From positions 180,241-244,240 of the forward strand of contig CAWAGQ010000002.1 in assembly GCA_963781585.1 (NCBI GenBank): a stretch of DNA of 64,000 nucleotides, given 5' to 3'. How positions within the stretch are numbered: the first letter of the stretch is position 1; each line of letters opens with the position of its first letter. The notes under the pieces are model-generated. The model ran no database searches. It was not told the origin of the DNA and was given only the letters and a program-made list of their open reading frames with translations. A program made the position numbers and the translations under genes. Positions 53,350 to 63,818 of this stretch are shown piece by piece. The DNA comes from an uncultured Gemmatimonadaceae bacterium (GTDB lineage Bacteria > Gemmatimonadota > Gemmatimonadetes > Gemmatimonadales > Gemmatimonadaceae).

Positions 53350-56300
53350 ATGAGCACGGACCTGCGCGCACAGCTCCAGGAGACCCTGGGCAGCGCCTAT
53401 ACGCTCGAACGCGAACTCGGCGGCGGCGGCATGTCGCGCGTCTTCGTGGCTGAGGAGACGCGCCTTCACCGCAAGGTGGTGGTCAAGGTCCTCTCTCCCG
53501 AGCTCGCGGCCGGCGTGAGCGCCGAGCGCTTCGAGCGGGAGATCCAGCTTGCGGCCTCGCTGCAGCAGGCGAACATCGTGCCTCTGCTTTCCGCCGGCGA
53601 GACGAACGGGCTGCCGTACTTCACCATGCCGTTCGTGGAAGGGGAATCGCTGCGAGTCCGGTTGGCGAAGGGGCCGCTCAGCGTGACCGAGGTGGTCGGC
53701 GTGTTGCGCGACGTCTCACGCGCGCTGAGCTACGCCCACGAGCGCGGCGTGGTGCATCGCGACATCAAACCCGACAACGTCCTCCTGTCGCACGGGACGG
53801 CGGTAGTGACGGACTTCGGTATCGCCAAGGCGCTCTCCGCGTCGCGAACGAAGAGCGGTGACGCCACGCTCACGCAGCTCGGCACGTCCATCGGCACGCC
53901 GGCCTACATGTCGCCCGAGCAGGCGGCCGGGGAGACGGAGATCGATCATCGCGCGGACATCTACGCCTTCGGCTGCATGGCGTACGAGTTGCTGGCGGGG
54001 CATCCGCCGTTCCACGGCCGCACGCCCACGCGTGTGCTCGCCGCCCAGATGAGCGAGACGCCGCCGCCGGTGAACGATCTGCGCCCCGACACGCCGGTCG
54101 TCCTCGGCGAACTGGTCATGCGCTGCCTGGAGAAGGATCCGGGTCGCGACCGCAGTCGGCGAACGACCTTGCCCGGACGCTCGACAACGTCACAAGCGGG
54201 GCGGGCATGCCATCGATGCCCGCGGTCCTGCTTGGTGGGCGGGGCATGCTCCGGCGCGCCCTGCTGGTCTATGCCGCCGCCTTCATCGGAGTGGCGGTGG
54301 TTTCGAAGGCGGCGATCATCGCCATCGGACTTCCGTCATGGGTCTTTCCGGGCGCCCTCATCGTCATGGCGCTGGGCCTGCCGGTCATCCTGTTCACGGC
54401 GTACGTGCACCGGGCCACGCGACGGGCCCTCACCGCCACGCCGACGCTCACGCCGCGGGGCACGCAGCCCGAGGCGCCGGGGACGATGATGACCATCGCC
54501 CTCAAGGCGAGCCCGCATCTGAGCTGGCGCCGCGCCGCGTTCGGCGGCCTCTATGCGTTAGGCGCGTTCGTGCTGCTGGTGGGTGCGTACATGGTGCTCC
54601 GGATGTTCGGTATCGGGCCGGAGGGCTCGCTGCTGGCCGCAGGGAAGCTGTCCAGCCGGGATCAGGTGCTGATCGCGGATTTCGCCGTACCGGGCTCGGA
54701 CTCGTCGCTGAGCACCGCGCTCACCCAGGCGCTCCGGTCGCAGCTCGAGCAGTCGACAGCAATCTCGGTGATGCCGGTCAGCTCTGTCACGGCGGCACTC
54801 GAGGAGTCGCGACGCCCCGCGAACACGCGGATCGACCTCGACGTCGCCAAGGACATCGGGTTGCGCCGCGGCGTGAAGGCCGTCGTGGCCGCCGATGCCG
54901 CGCAGCTCCCGGGTGGCGGCTACCTGGTGACCACGAAGCTGGTAAACACCCGGACCGGTGATGCCCTGGCGAGCTATCAGGAGACGGCGCAGGACGCCGC
55001 GGGGCTCCTTGGTGCGATCGACGCCGCGACGCGCAAGCTGCGAGCGCGCATTGGCGAGTCGCTCAAGGCCATCCAGGCCGAGGCGCCTCTTGAGCAGGCG
55101 ACGACGTCGTCGCTCGACGCCCTGCGGAAGTACGCCCAGGGCGTGCGTGCGAACGACGTGGAAGGCGACTACCTGAAGGCGGTGGGACTGTTGCGTGAGG
55201 CGGTGGCCCTCGACAGCTCGTTCGGTATTGCCTACCGAAAACTGGCCGTGGCGCTGAGCAATGCCTCGGAGCCCGCCGTGCTGCAGCGCGCGGCCATCGA
55301 GAGAGCCTACCAACTCCGGGACCGGATGTCGCAGCGCGAGCGGGATCTGGCGATGGGTGTCTACTTCGGCACCCGGCCCTACGCTGATCGCGCAAAGGCG
55401 ATCGACGCGTACAGCGACGCGTTTCGCCTCGATCCGCGGTCGTACACGGCGAGCGGCAACCTCGCACAGCTGGTGGCATCGAAGCGCGACTGGGACGGGG
55501 CCCTGCATTACGCGCGGCTCACCGAAGAACTGCTTCCCATGTCGGCCTTCGGGTACTGGTATCAGGTGGACGCGCTCGCGTCGCTGGGGCGCTTCGCCGA
55601 GTCAGCCGCTGTCCTGGACACGCTCGCCCGCGTGGACAGCACGAGCAGCACGTGGATCCTGGCGATCGCCTCGCTCGCCCAGGCGCGACAGCAATACGAT
55701 TCGCTGGGCGCGCTGCTCCGGCGACAGGTCACGGCCCGCGACCGCGACGCACGCCTGGCAGCCATCCAGACGCTGGTCGGCGTTGCGTCCGTCCAGGGTC
55801 GCGTGGCCGAGGCTCGTCGCTGGCTCGACTCGCTCGACGTGATGCTGCGTCTGCGGTCGCGCGCCGATTCGGCAACGGCGATCCTCGGCGACGCGTTCTT
55901 CGCCGCGGCCTACGATCTGGACCGGGCCGGGGCGATTGCCCTCGCCGACCGCATCTCGTCGGCCACCTACCTGGACGGGATCCCGTCGCCGGACCGTCCG
56001 TACCTTGGTGTCGCGACGCTCTACGCGCGGGCCGGAGACGCGGCGCGGGCGCGCGCCATCCTGTCCCGCTACGAGGAGCAGGTACGCGACACCGCGCTGC
56101 TACGACAGGATGCACCGGCCCACCATGGCGTACTCGGCGAAGTGGCGCTTGCCGAGCGCCAACCGAACGTCGCGATCCGGGAGTTCCGTCTGGCGGACGT
56201 ACAGCTCGACGGCGCACCCGATCCGTGCGCTGTCTGCCTCGACCTGGGGCTGGGCCGCGCGTACGACCTGGCGGGGCAGGCGGATTCGGCGATCGCCGCG

Positions 56301-56537
56301 TTCGACCGCTATGTGCGCAGTCCGTTCAGTGCCCGGCTCCCGACCGACCAGTTCTTCCTTGGTCCGGTCATGAAGCGACTGGGTGAGCTGTACGAGGCAA
56401 AGGGGAATCGCCAACAGGCCATCTCGTCGTTCACGCGCTTCGCCGAGCTGTGGAAGAACGCCGATCCACCACTGCAACCCATGGTGGCCGACGTGCGGCA
56501 GCGGATCGCCCGGCTGGCCAGGGCCGAGGGGCGTTAG
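53350..56537 (+). CDS. Hanks-type Ser/Thr kinase with TM segments and TPR region (frameshift near 54150)
   Basis: LGGGGMSRV, VVVK, HRDIKPDN, DFGIAK, GTPAYMSPEQ; continues as TM, TolB-N-like and TPR region in 54207..56537. Confidence 0.9.
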
Positions 56538-56749
56538 GCAGGCACCGCCGCGTGAGGCGCTGGTGGCCGGCCTCCGCCGCTTCCGCCGGTTTTCCCGCGG
56601 GGCGGCTCGACCGTGGGACCTGCAGGCGAGTGATGGTGTCCGGCGAAGGCACCTCTGACTCCGCCCGGGGCTGACCCTCGTGGCCGACGCGCGGCGCTCG
56701 CACCGGTGTTCTCCGCTCGCCCGAGGCTTTCGTCAACAAACTCATTCAG

Positions 56750-57573
56750 ATGGTCATCCACCTCGTCGACGGCACCTACGAACTCTTCCGCCACTTCTAC
56801 GGCCTGCGTCGCTCTCCAGATAGCGGCGACCGCCCTTTGGCGCCGCGACCGGCGTGCTGCACACGGTCCTGCAGATGATCGAGTCCGGCGCCACGCACGT
56901 CGGTGTCGCGACCGATCACGTGATCGAGTCGTTCCGCAATGTGCTCTGGGCCGACTACAAGACTGGCGATGGCATCGACCCTGCGCTCTGGGCGCAATTC
57001 CATCCGCTGGAGGATGCGCTGCGCGACATGGGCGTCGCGGTGTGGCCGATGATCGAGCTGGAAGCCGACGATGCGCTCGCCTCAGCCGCGCATCTCGCCG
57101 CGGCCGATGACCGCGTGCGGCAAGTCTGCATCTGGACGCCCGACAAGGATCTGGCGCAGTGCGTGGTTGATGATCGCGTGGTGCAGGTGGACCGGAAGAG
57201 CGGACGCATCCGGAACGCCGAGGGTGTGCGCGAGAAGTTCGGCGTGGAGCCGCGGTTGATTCCGGACTACCTCGCGCTCGTCGGTGACGCCGCGGACGGG
57301 TATCCGGGAATGCCCGGGATCGGCCCGGTGACCGCCGCGCGGCTGCTCAATCGCCATGGTCCTATCGAGGAGTTCCCGCCTGACGTACTCGGCGAGGGAC
57401 GCGATCGCGCACTGCTCTTCAAGCAGCTGGCGACGCTCAGGACCGACGCGCCCCTGTTCGACGATGTGGAGGCGCTGCGCTGGCGCGGACCGACGCCGCA
57501 ATTCGCTGCCCGAGCCGGGCAGCTGGGCGACGTTCGGCTCGTGGAGCGCGCGGCGCGAGTCCATAGGGCATAG
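56750..57573 (+). CDS. 5'-3' exonuclease / flap endonuclease (frameshift near 56840)
   Basis: MVIHLVDGTYELFRHFYG, SFRN...YK, EADDALAS, PDKDL, LVGDAADGYPGMPGIG. Confidence 0.88.
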
Positions 57574-57599
57574 CCAATGCGTCATAGGCCATGGCCGCC

Positions 57600-58050
57600 C
57601 CCATCGCCTCGCGCCTACGGAGGTTTGTTTCCACCTCCCGCTCCAGGTCGAGACGGCGCCAGGGAAACCCGGGACGGGCGTGGGGGTCCCAGCCGGCGCG
57701 GTTCGGGTATTGCCGATTCCGCAGGCGTATCTGCAGTGGTGGATGGAGATGGAAGGGTGCTCGGGGATCGGTGGCGACGTGCGCCACGTGCGTTTCTATG
57801 CCGTGCCCGACGTCTACGCGTGGTGGCGGAAGACTTGGGCAGATGGGTGATGGGCGGATGGACGGCGCGAGGCAATCGCATCACCGTGGGCGCGTTCTTG
57901 CGCGACGACGGGGGACTGCTGCGCCACGAGATGCTGCACGCCCTGCTGCAGCGGGGTGACCATCCGGCGGTGTACTTCGTGAAGCAATGTGGACCACTGC
58001 TGGCGTCTGCGGACGCTCCGCTCATTGGCGCCGGGCCAGTCGTGCCCTGA
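57600..58050 (+). CDS. Hypothetical protein with HExxH motif (frameshifted; start uncertain)
   Basis: YLQWWMEMEGCSG in one frame, NRITVG...RHEMLHALL...HP in the next. Confidence 0.5.
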
Positions 58051-58262
58051 GGTAAGCATCCGGGAGAGGACTGACATTGCTCCCGCGGGTCGCGCCCCCG
58101 AAACCGAAACCTGAACGCTGAAGTCGGACTCCCCGCTCGTTCTCGCGCGCGACTGGATGTATGCTATGTGGAGGCGTTCGCCGCCGCCGGCGTGGAAGAG
58201 GAGGCGCACCTCGCGACCTGACAGCAGGACTGAGACGACGCTCGAACCGTGCATCCGAACCG

Positions 58263-59283
58263 ATGCCAGTGAAACCTCGACCACTTGCGCAAGTAACGGC
58301 TCGAATGGCGCGCGCGATGTCGACGGTCGCCATTGCGGCGTGCGCGACCGGTGGATCGAGAGCCCCGACGACGGCTCCTTCTGCGGCGGCGAGCGCCGAG
58401 TTCCGTTCGTTCGACCCACGAGCCGGGGCATGGGTCAGCCTCGACGACGTAGTCGATGCCGCAAGGAGCGCGCAGGTGGTCTTCTTCGGCGAGGAACACG
58501 ACGATCCCGCGACGCACAGGGTCGAGCTGGCGCTCCTCAGGTCGCTCGGCGAGCGCCACGGTCATATCGTGCTGTCGCTGGAGATGTTCGAGCGCGACGT
58601 GCAGCCGGTGGTCGATGAGTATCTCGCTGGCGCAATCGGCCACGAGGAGTTCCTGGCGCGCTCGCGCCCCTGGTCCGCGTACATGACGGACTATCACCCG
58701 CTCGTGGAGCTGGCCAAGGCGCGTGGCTGGCCGGTGGTCGCGGCCAACGTGCCGCGCCCGCTGGCGTCGGCGGTGGGGCGCGTGGGGCTGGCCGCGCTCG
58801 ACACGCTGTCGGCGGCCGAGCGCGCGATACGCGGCGCGGGAGATCGTCTGTCCCGACGATGCCTATCGCGCGCGCTTCATGGACGAGATGCGCACCCACA
58901 GCGCGGGCGGAGGCGCGGCACCGTCGCCTGACGACTCGCTGCCGACCGCGGTCGCGGCGCGGTTCTATCTGGCCCAGTGCGTGAAGGACGAGACGATGGC
59001 CGAATCGATCGCGAATGCATTGGCCAGGGCCGGGCCCGACGCGCTGATATTCCATGTGACGGGATCGTTCCACAGCGCGTACGGCCAGGGGACGGTGGAG
59101 CGATTCGTCCGGCGCGTACCGCATGCGCGGGTGGTCACGGTCACGGCCGTACCGGTGGCCGATCCGGCGAAGGGGTCGGCGGACGCGTATGCGAAGCGGG
59201 CGGACTTCATCATCCTCACCCGGCGCGCGACCGCAGTGTCGTCTCCTCCAAGGCACGCGGGCGCTGTCGGAGACGGTGCGTGA
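58263..59283 (+). CDS. ChaN-family lipoprotein (frameshift near 58825)
   Basis: IAAC lipobox; VFFGEEHDD, SLEMFERDVQ, YHPLVELAK, AANVPR; AQCVKDETMAESI, GSFHS. Confidence 0.85.
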
Positions 59284-59570
59284 CGAGCTCGAGCGGTCGC
59301 GCTGATCTGGTCATGGATGGCGGATCGCTCAGCTGCTCACTATTCGCGTCCGCGTAATCGGGGATCCCTACGATCAGACTTTTGGTCTGACTGGAGCTGG
59401 CCGCCGCGCCAGGGGCCTGTTGCTCGCCTTGCCGCCTGGGACTGTGACCGCCTCATACGGCACGCGTGAACTTGCGCGGATCCGTCCCAGCGCGCCGCTA
59501 GCTCGTTCATTCCGCCTGTGACATGTGGATCCACCCCGGCGTCTCCACCGTTCGGGTCGATCATCGCTTC

Positions 59571-59700
59571 CTCGAGAACGGCTACGACATCCGGACCGTG
59601 CAGGAGCTGCTGAGGCACGCGGACCTGCGGACCACGATGATCTACACCCACGTGCTCGCGCGTGGGCCAGGGTCGGTGCGCAGTCCCCTGGAGCCCGTGG
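59571..59700 (+). pseudogene. intI: Integron integrase relic (C-terminal ~43 codons only)
   Basis: [40 protein letters not shown] matches the IntI C-terminus; LGH changed to LRH; no upstream tyrosine-recombinase sequence. Confidence 0.85.
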
Positions 59701-60059
59701 GATCCCTTCCGCCGGAACACCACGTGGCGCCCGCGGTCGCCGCGCGGTGCTGCAGGATGACGCAATGGCACGCCGAACGAGCCGACTCGTCGGGGCGGCC
59801 TCGCCGGCGACGTGTCTTGTCCGGAGTACTGGCGACGGGGCCCGGACGGGAGTAACGTCTGGCGTCGGTACGCGCGCGGGAGGGGTTGCCGATTGGGCTT
59901 GGGCATTCGCGTCGTGTCTTCGCAGCGACCGATCCCCGCGGGCATTGGCAGTCGCGAGCTGGTTGAGGTGATCTACGCGACTTCCGCTGGGTAGCGTGGG
60001 ATTGGCTCGAACACGCCTATGTGTTTGGACCGTTCCCGTTCAGCGCATTGGCGGTGGTC

Positions 60060-60122
60060 GTATCGCAACTGTTTGCTCGGCTGCTCCAACCTGTTCGAGT
60101 GGCGGTCGAATGTACGTTATAC
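60060..60122 (+). other. attI-like site / start of cassette 1
   Basis: Core GTTATAC at 60116; GTTATACCGCAT is the exact reverse complement of ATGCGGTATAAC at the cassette end; no full attC hairpin upstream. Confidence 0.65.
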
Positions 60123-60141
60123 CGCATGAAGAGGCACCTGT

Positions 60142-60867
60142 ACGAACCTCCGACTGATTGCGCTAAAGGTCGGCGATGAGCTGAAGTATGACGCGACCGT
60201 GAATGAAATCGGTCGAACAGCGTCAGCGCTCTTTCGCTTCCGTAAAGAAGCCTTTCCGCACGATGCCATCACCTCTGTTCGGGCGCAGCTCGTCTACGAT
60301 TGGCTGATGAGTCTCGGCAAGCAGGAGATGGTTGAGGAAGAGCGTGCCAAGCTGATATCCCAGTTCTGCCTTGCTATTAGCCCGGAGGCGAACAAGGCGG
60401 CGGTCGAGCAGATCCTGGTGGAAGGTGGGATAGCCGAGGCACTCGCAACACGAGCAGAGCGTGCGGCGTTTCTCAATCGCGGCTTCCACGCTGAGGTTGT
60501 CCGGCACTCCCGAACGCTCTATTTGCAGCGCAACTACTTTCACGCGGTATTCGAGGCATCAAAGGCATACAACAAGGCGGTCCGTGAGAAGGCCGGCAGT
60601 GCAAAGGATGGCCAGGATCTCATGCTCGCAGTGTGGAGTTGCGAGAAGGGAGTGCTGAAGATCACGGCCTGCCGTACAGAGACGGATCGCAACGTCCAGG
60701 ATGGTATCAAGTTCCTCTCCGCAGGACTCATGGCGGCGATCCGTAATCCGACAGCGCATGAGCCGGCCGTCGAATGGCCGATCAGCCGCGAGGATTGTCT
60801 CGATATCTTGGGCTTTGTGAGCTTCCTCTTTCGGAAACTTGATGTTGCGGTGCGGCATGCGGTATAA
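60142..60867 (+). CDS. Cassette 1: TIGR02391/Ymh family protein (HEPN-like)
   Basis: FHAEV, YFHAVFEASK, KDGQDLM, AIRNPTAHEP (RxxxxH); lower GC; frame open back to ACG at 60142. Confidence 0.85.
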   Translation, partial: TNLRLIALKVGDELKYDATVNEIGRTASALFRFRKEAFPHDAITSVRAQLVYDWLMSLGKQEMVEEERAKLISQFCLAISPEANKAAVEQILVEGGIAEALATRAERAAFLNRGFHAEVVRHSRTLYLQRNYFHAVFEASKAYNKAVREKAGSAKDGQDLMLAVWSCEKGVLKITACRTETDRNVQDGIKFLSAGLMAAIRNPTAHEPAVEWPISREDCLDILGFVSFLFRKLDVAVRHAV

Positions 60868-60951
60868 CAACGTTTGCTGCTGACAGCCGGGGTAGTCTGC
60901 TCGCTGTCGCTCGCGTTTATTGAAACCGGCTGCAGCAGAAACTTGTCCGTT
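60862..60951 (+). other. attC1 (interrupted at its GTT by IS1182)
   Basis: R'' GTATAAC, inner arms TTTGCTGC/GCAGCAGAAA and AGCCGG/CCGGCT, R' GTT at 60949. Confidence 0.85.
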
Positions 60952-62752
60952 GAGGTTGTAGGAAAAGCCTCTTTGGACGGCCGTCGGGGGCGCCTCCAGT
61001 GGTAGAGGGCGTTAGGCGACGTGGGCATCGCTGGACCCGTCATCGCGAGCTCGCGACGGACGCCCGCTGGGGTCGTGGCTCGCCGGCGTTTACGCCGCGT
61101 AGCCGTGGTGCGCGAGCTTCTCGATGTTGTGGACCAGACAGAAGAGTTTCCACTGGGCATCGACTTTGATACGGCCGCGCAGCGTGAAGCGATTGAGCCC
61201 TTTGTTGTAGCACATATTCCCGAAGACCGGCTCCACCGTCGCGAAGCGCTGTCCGTACCGCGCGCGGCCCTCCGGGGCATCGAGGCGACGCTTCATGCGC
61301 GTCGTGTGATTCTCGGGTTTGGGCTTCCGCGCGACGCGGCCGTGGAAGAAGACGACCTGCCGCGCCGGCGTTGTCTCGGGCGTGCGTAAGCACTGTGCGC
61401 GATGCGTGCACGGCAGACAGTCACGTTTCGCGCCCCGAAATTCGTCCCCGACATATCCGTTGATCACGAGATTGCGGCCCTTGCGGTACAGGGACTTCCC
61501 CGCGGGGCACACGCACGTCCGCGCGTCGGCGTCATAGGTGAAGTCGCTCGGCTGATAGAGCGTGCCTTTCTGATCGGGGTGCGGCTTGGACTTGTCATGC
61601 AGGGGATGGGGCGCCTGCTGATGGCGCTCCTGCGTCGCAAACCGCTCGTCGCGGCGCCGCATGTCGTTGTCAGCGATGAGCGCGTCCACCTGCCGTGTGG
61701 CGAGCTCCCTGAGGTTCGCTTCGCTGTGATAGCCGGCATCGGCGGTGATCAGCGAGTCCGGCGCGAGCACGTCCTGCATCGCCGTGACGACGGGCAGCAG
61801 CACTTCTTGCTCCGACCCCGTGCCGTGCGCTTGGGCTTCGACGATGATCTGATGCGCGCTATCCACGGCGGCGACGCCCGTGTAGCCCTGAATCACGCCC
61901 TTGCCCGTGGCCATCTTCGCACTCTCATTGTCGGTCCGGTTGCTCTTCCGGATCGCGCCCTGCCCGCGACTGCGACGGCCGCGTCGGTCTGCGGGATGCT
62001 GGGCGAGCCAGCCGCGAATCTGCGCCGCGTCCTTGTCCAGGCGTGCGACCCGTTTCGCTTCCTTCGTGGCCCGCGCGGGTTCCGGGGGCAGGGCATCCGT
62101 GGCCCGATGGCGGGCGAGAATCGTCTGCGCGGTGGCTTCGAGCTTCGTGGCCTGTCGCTCAAAGTCGGCCCGCGCTCCACTCCGCCGCTTCGACGCATTA
62201 CTCGGCAGCTTCACCCCGTCGATAGCGAACATCTCCCGGCCGATCAAGCCTTCCGCGTCGCAGATCGCCACCACCGCCGCGAACACCCTCGCGATGTCGT
62301 CGCCCAGCGTGCTCACAAAATGCGCGATCGTGGTGAAATGCGGTGTGCGTGCGCCGCATAAGGCAATGAAGGTCACGTGTTCCTCGCAGGCCCGCTCGAT
62401 CCCGCGACTGCTGACGATCCCCTGCGAGTACGCGAAGAGCACTACCTTCAGGAGCAGCGCCGGCGGATACGCCGCGGCCCCCGTGGCGTCGTTACGAAAG
62501 CGCGCATCGAACGACGACAGATCGATCGCGTGATCCAGCAGGTGGTTCAGCGCGTGCTCGAAGGTGCCGGGCAACAGCTGCCGCGCCAGATCCACGGCCA
62601 AGAAGCGCGGGTTGGTATCGATGTACTTGTAGCGGGCCATGGGGTCCTCGACGCGGAAGCGCAGGCGCGACAAATTCGATGCACCTGTGACCCGTGAGTG
62701 CCTAGCGAGTTCCCGCTATCGCGAGATGCAGGGTGGGTTTTTCTACAGCTTC
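60952..62752 (-). mobile_element. IS1182-family insertion sequence
   Basis: Imperfect terminal IRs GAGGTTGTAGGAAAAGCC / GGGTTTTTCTACAGCTTC (14/18), GTT on both flanks, single transposase. Confidence 0.88.
61090..62640 (-). CDS. IS1182-family DDE transposase
   Basis: AYPPALLLKVVLFAYSQGIVSSRGIERAC, AIDGVKLPSNASK, TDNES, ADAGYHSE, CPAG, VEPVFGNM. Confidence 0.92.
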   Translation of the reverse strand: MARYKYIDTNPRFLAVDLARQLLPGTFEHALNHLLDHAIDLSSFDARFRNDATGAAAYPPALLLKVVLFAYSQGIVSSRGIERACEEHVTFIALCGARTPHFTTIAHFVSTLGDDIARVFAAVVAICDAEGLIGREMFAIDGVKLPSNASKRRSGARADFERQATKLEATAQTILARHRATDALPPEPARATKEAKRVARLDKDAAQIRGWLAQHPADRRGRRSRGQGAIRKSNRTDNESAKMATGKGVIQGYTGVAAVDSAHQIIVEAQAHGTGSEQEVLLPVVTAMQDVLAPDSLITADAGYHSEANLRELATRQVDALIADNDMRRRDERFATQERHQQAPHPLHDKSKPHPDQKGTLYQPSDFTYDADARTCVCPAGKSLYRKGRNLVINGYVGDEFRGAKRDCLPCTHRAQCLRTPETTPARQVVFFHGRVARKPKPENHTTRMKRRLDAPEGRARYGQRFATVEPVFGNMCYNKGLNRFTLRGRIKVDAQWKLFCLVHNIEKLAHHGYAA

Positions 62753-62788
62753 GTTAGACCGCTCAAGTCGGTGACGTTCGGAGGAACG

Positions 62789-63697
62789 ATGAAGCGTCTG
62801 ATGGCTCTCAGTGCCGCCGTTCTGCTGCACGCACCGGCCGAGCCCACGCAGGCACAACGGCCTCCCGTGATCGACGTGCACGTTCACTCGGGGCAGCCAC
62901 CACGCAGCGTAGTCGCTGCGCACGATTCGTTGAATGTCCGGTTCGCCGTCGTTTCCTTACTCCAATCTGATCTGCGGACGTGGGCCGGGGCCGACACGGG
63001 TCGCTTCTACCTTGGCTTGCTCTTTCCATGCGAAGGAGGGCGAATGCCCAACACCGGGCTCGCCTGTTTCGATAACGGGGCAGATTTTCCCGACACCACC
63101 TGGCTGCGCGCCGAGTTGCGAGCTGGGCACCTTCGGGTTCTGGGGGAGCTTTTGCCTGAGTACGTTGGCATGACTCCGAACGACTCTCGTCTGGAACCGT
63201 ATTGGCGTCTTGCGGAAGAGTTCGACGTGCCGGTCGCCATCCACATGGGACCAGGACCGCCGGCCGCTGCATATGAGGTGAGCCCCGTCCCCTACAAGTC
63301 ACCTGACTTTCGCATTGCCGCCGGTGACCCGCTGCTCCTGGAGGAGGTGTTGCTCCGACACAAGCGTCTCCGGGTGAACGTCATGCACGCGGGGTGGCCG
63401 CGCCTGGAGTCGATGTTGGCGCTCCTCTACGCCCATCCTAACGTGTATGTCGATGTCGGCGTTCTCCAGTACGACGTGGTCATGCCAAAGCCCGCATATC
63501 TCAGTTACTTGCGCGGTTTGGTAGAATCTGGCTTCGGCAAGCGTGTCATGTTCGGTTCGGACTTCGCGAATCTGCAGGGTCTGGGCATCGACATCATTCT
63601 TGAGGCGGAGTTCCTGACCGCCGAGCAGAAGTCGGACATCTTATGTAATAACGCCGCCCGTTTCTTTCGCCTTCGCTCCGGCATCTGCACCCCCTGA
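62789..63697 (+). CDS. Cassette 2: exported amidohydrolase_2 family protein
   Basis: GGAGGA SD; signal peptide; IDVHVH, VAIHMG, MHAGWP, NVYVD, VMFGSD, NAARF. Confidence 0.9.
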   Translation: MKRLMALSAAVLLHAPAEPTQAQRPPVIDVHVHSGQPPRSVVAAHDSLNVRFAVVSLLQSDLRTWAGADTGRFYLGLLFPCEGGRMPNTGLACFDNGADFPDTTWLRAELRAGHLRVLGELLPEYVGMTPNDSRLEPYWRLAEEFDVPVAIHMGPGPPAAAYEVSPVPYKSPDFRIAAGDPLLLEEVLLRHKRLRVNVMHAGWPRLESMLALLYAHPNVYVDVGVLQYDVVMPKPAYLSYLRGLVESGFGKRVMFGSDFANLQGLGIDIILEAEFLTAEQKSDILCNNAARFFRLRSGICTP

Positions 63698-63700
63698 GCG

Positions 63701-63818
63701 GTCTAATCCGCGCTTGCTGCCGTCGGGGCCAGAACGGTTCGGCCGCCGCGATGCATGATTATTCAAGGACTGCGGAGACCTCACCTGGCCTCGCAGCAGA
63801 AAGCGCGGGTCGTTAGGT
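63701..63818 (+). other. attC2
   Basis: R'' GTCTAAT (TGAGCGGTCTAA complements the cassette start TTAGACCGCTCA), arms CCGCGCTTGCTGC/GCAGCAGAAAGCGCGG, R' GTTAGGT. Confidence 0.85.

Noticed and set aside
740..58830. Programmed frameshifting or mass pseudogenisation
   Set aside because: No shared slippery motif seen and unrelated genes are affected; sequencing error is simpler
59340..59945. Minus-strand ORF containing VGVDHRG...[13 protein letters not shown]
   Set aside because: Antisense reading of the intI relic
60084..60122. CTCCAAC...TTCGA/TCGAA...GTT as a tiny attC
   Set aside because: Only about 39 bp, too short for an attC; treated as part of attI
61011..62706. GTTAGGC and GCCTAGC inside the IS, suggesting the transposase is itself a cassette
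   Set aside because: No properly spaced L boxes or attC hairpin; terminal IRs and the GTT duplication explain the element as an IS
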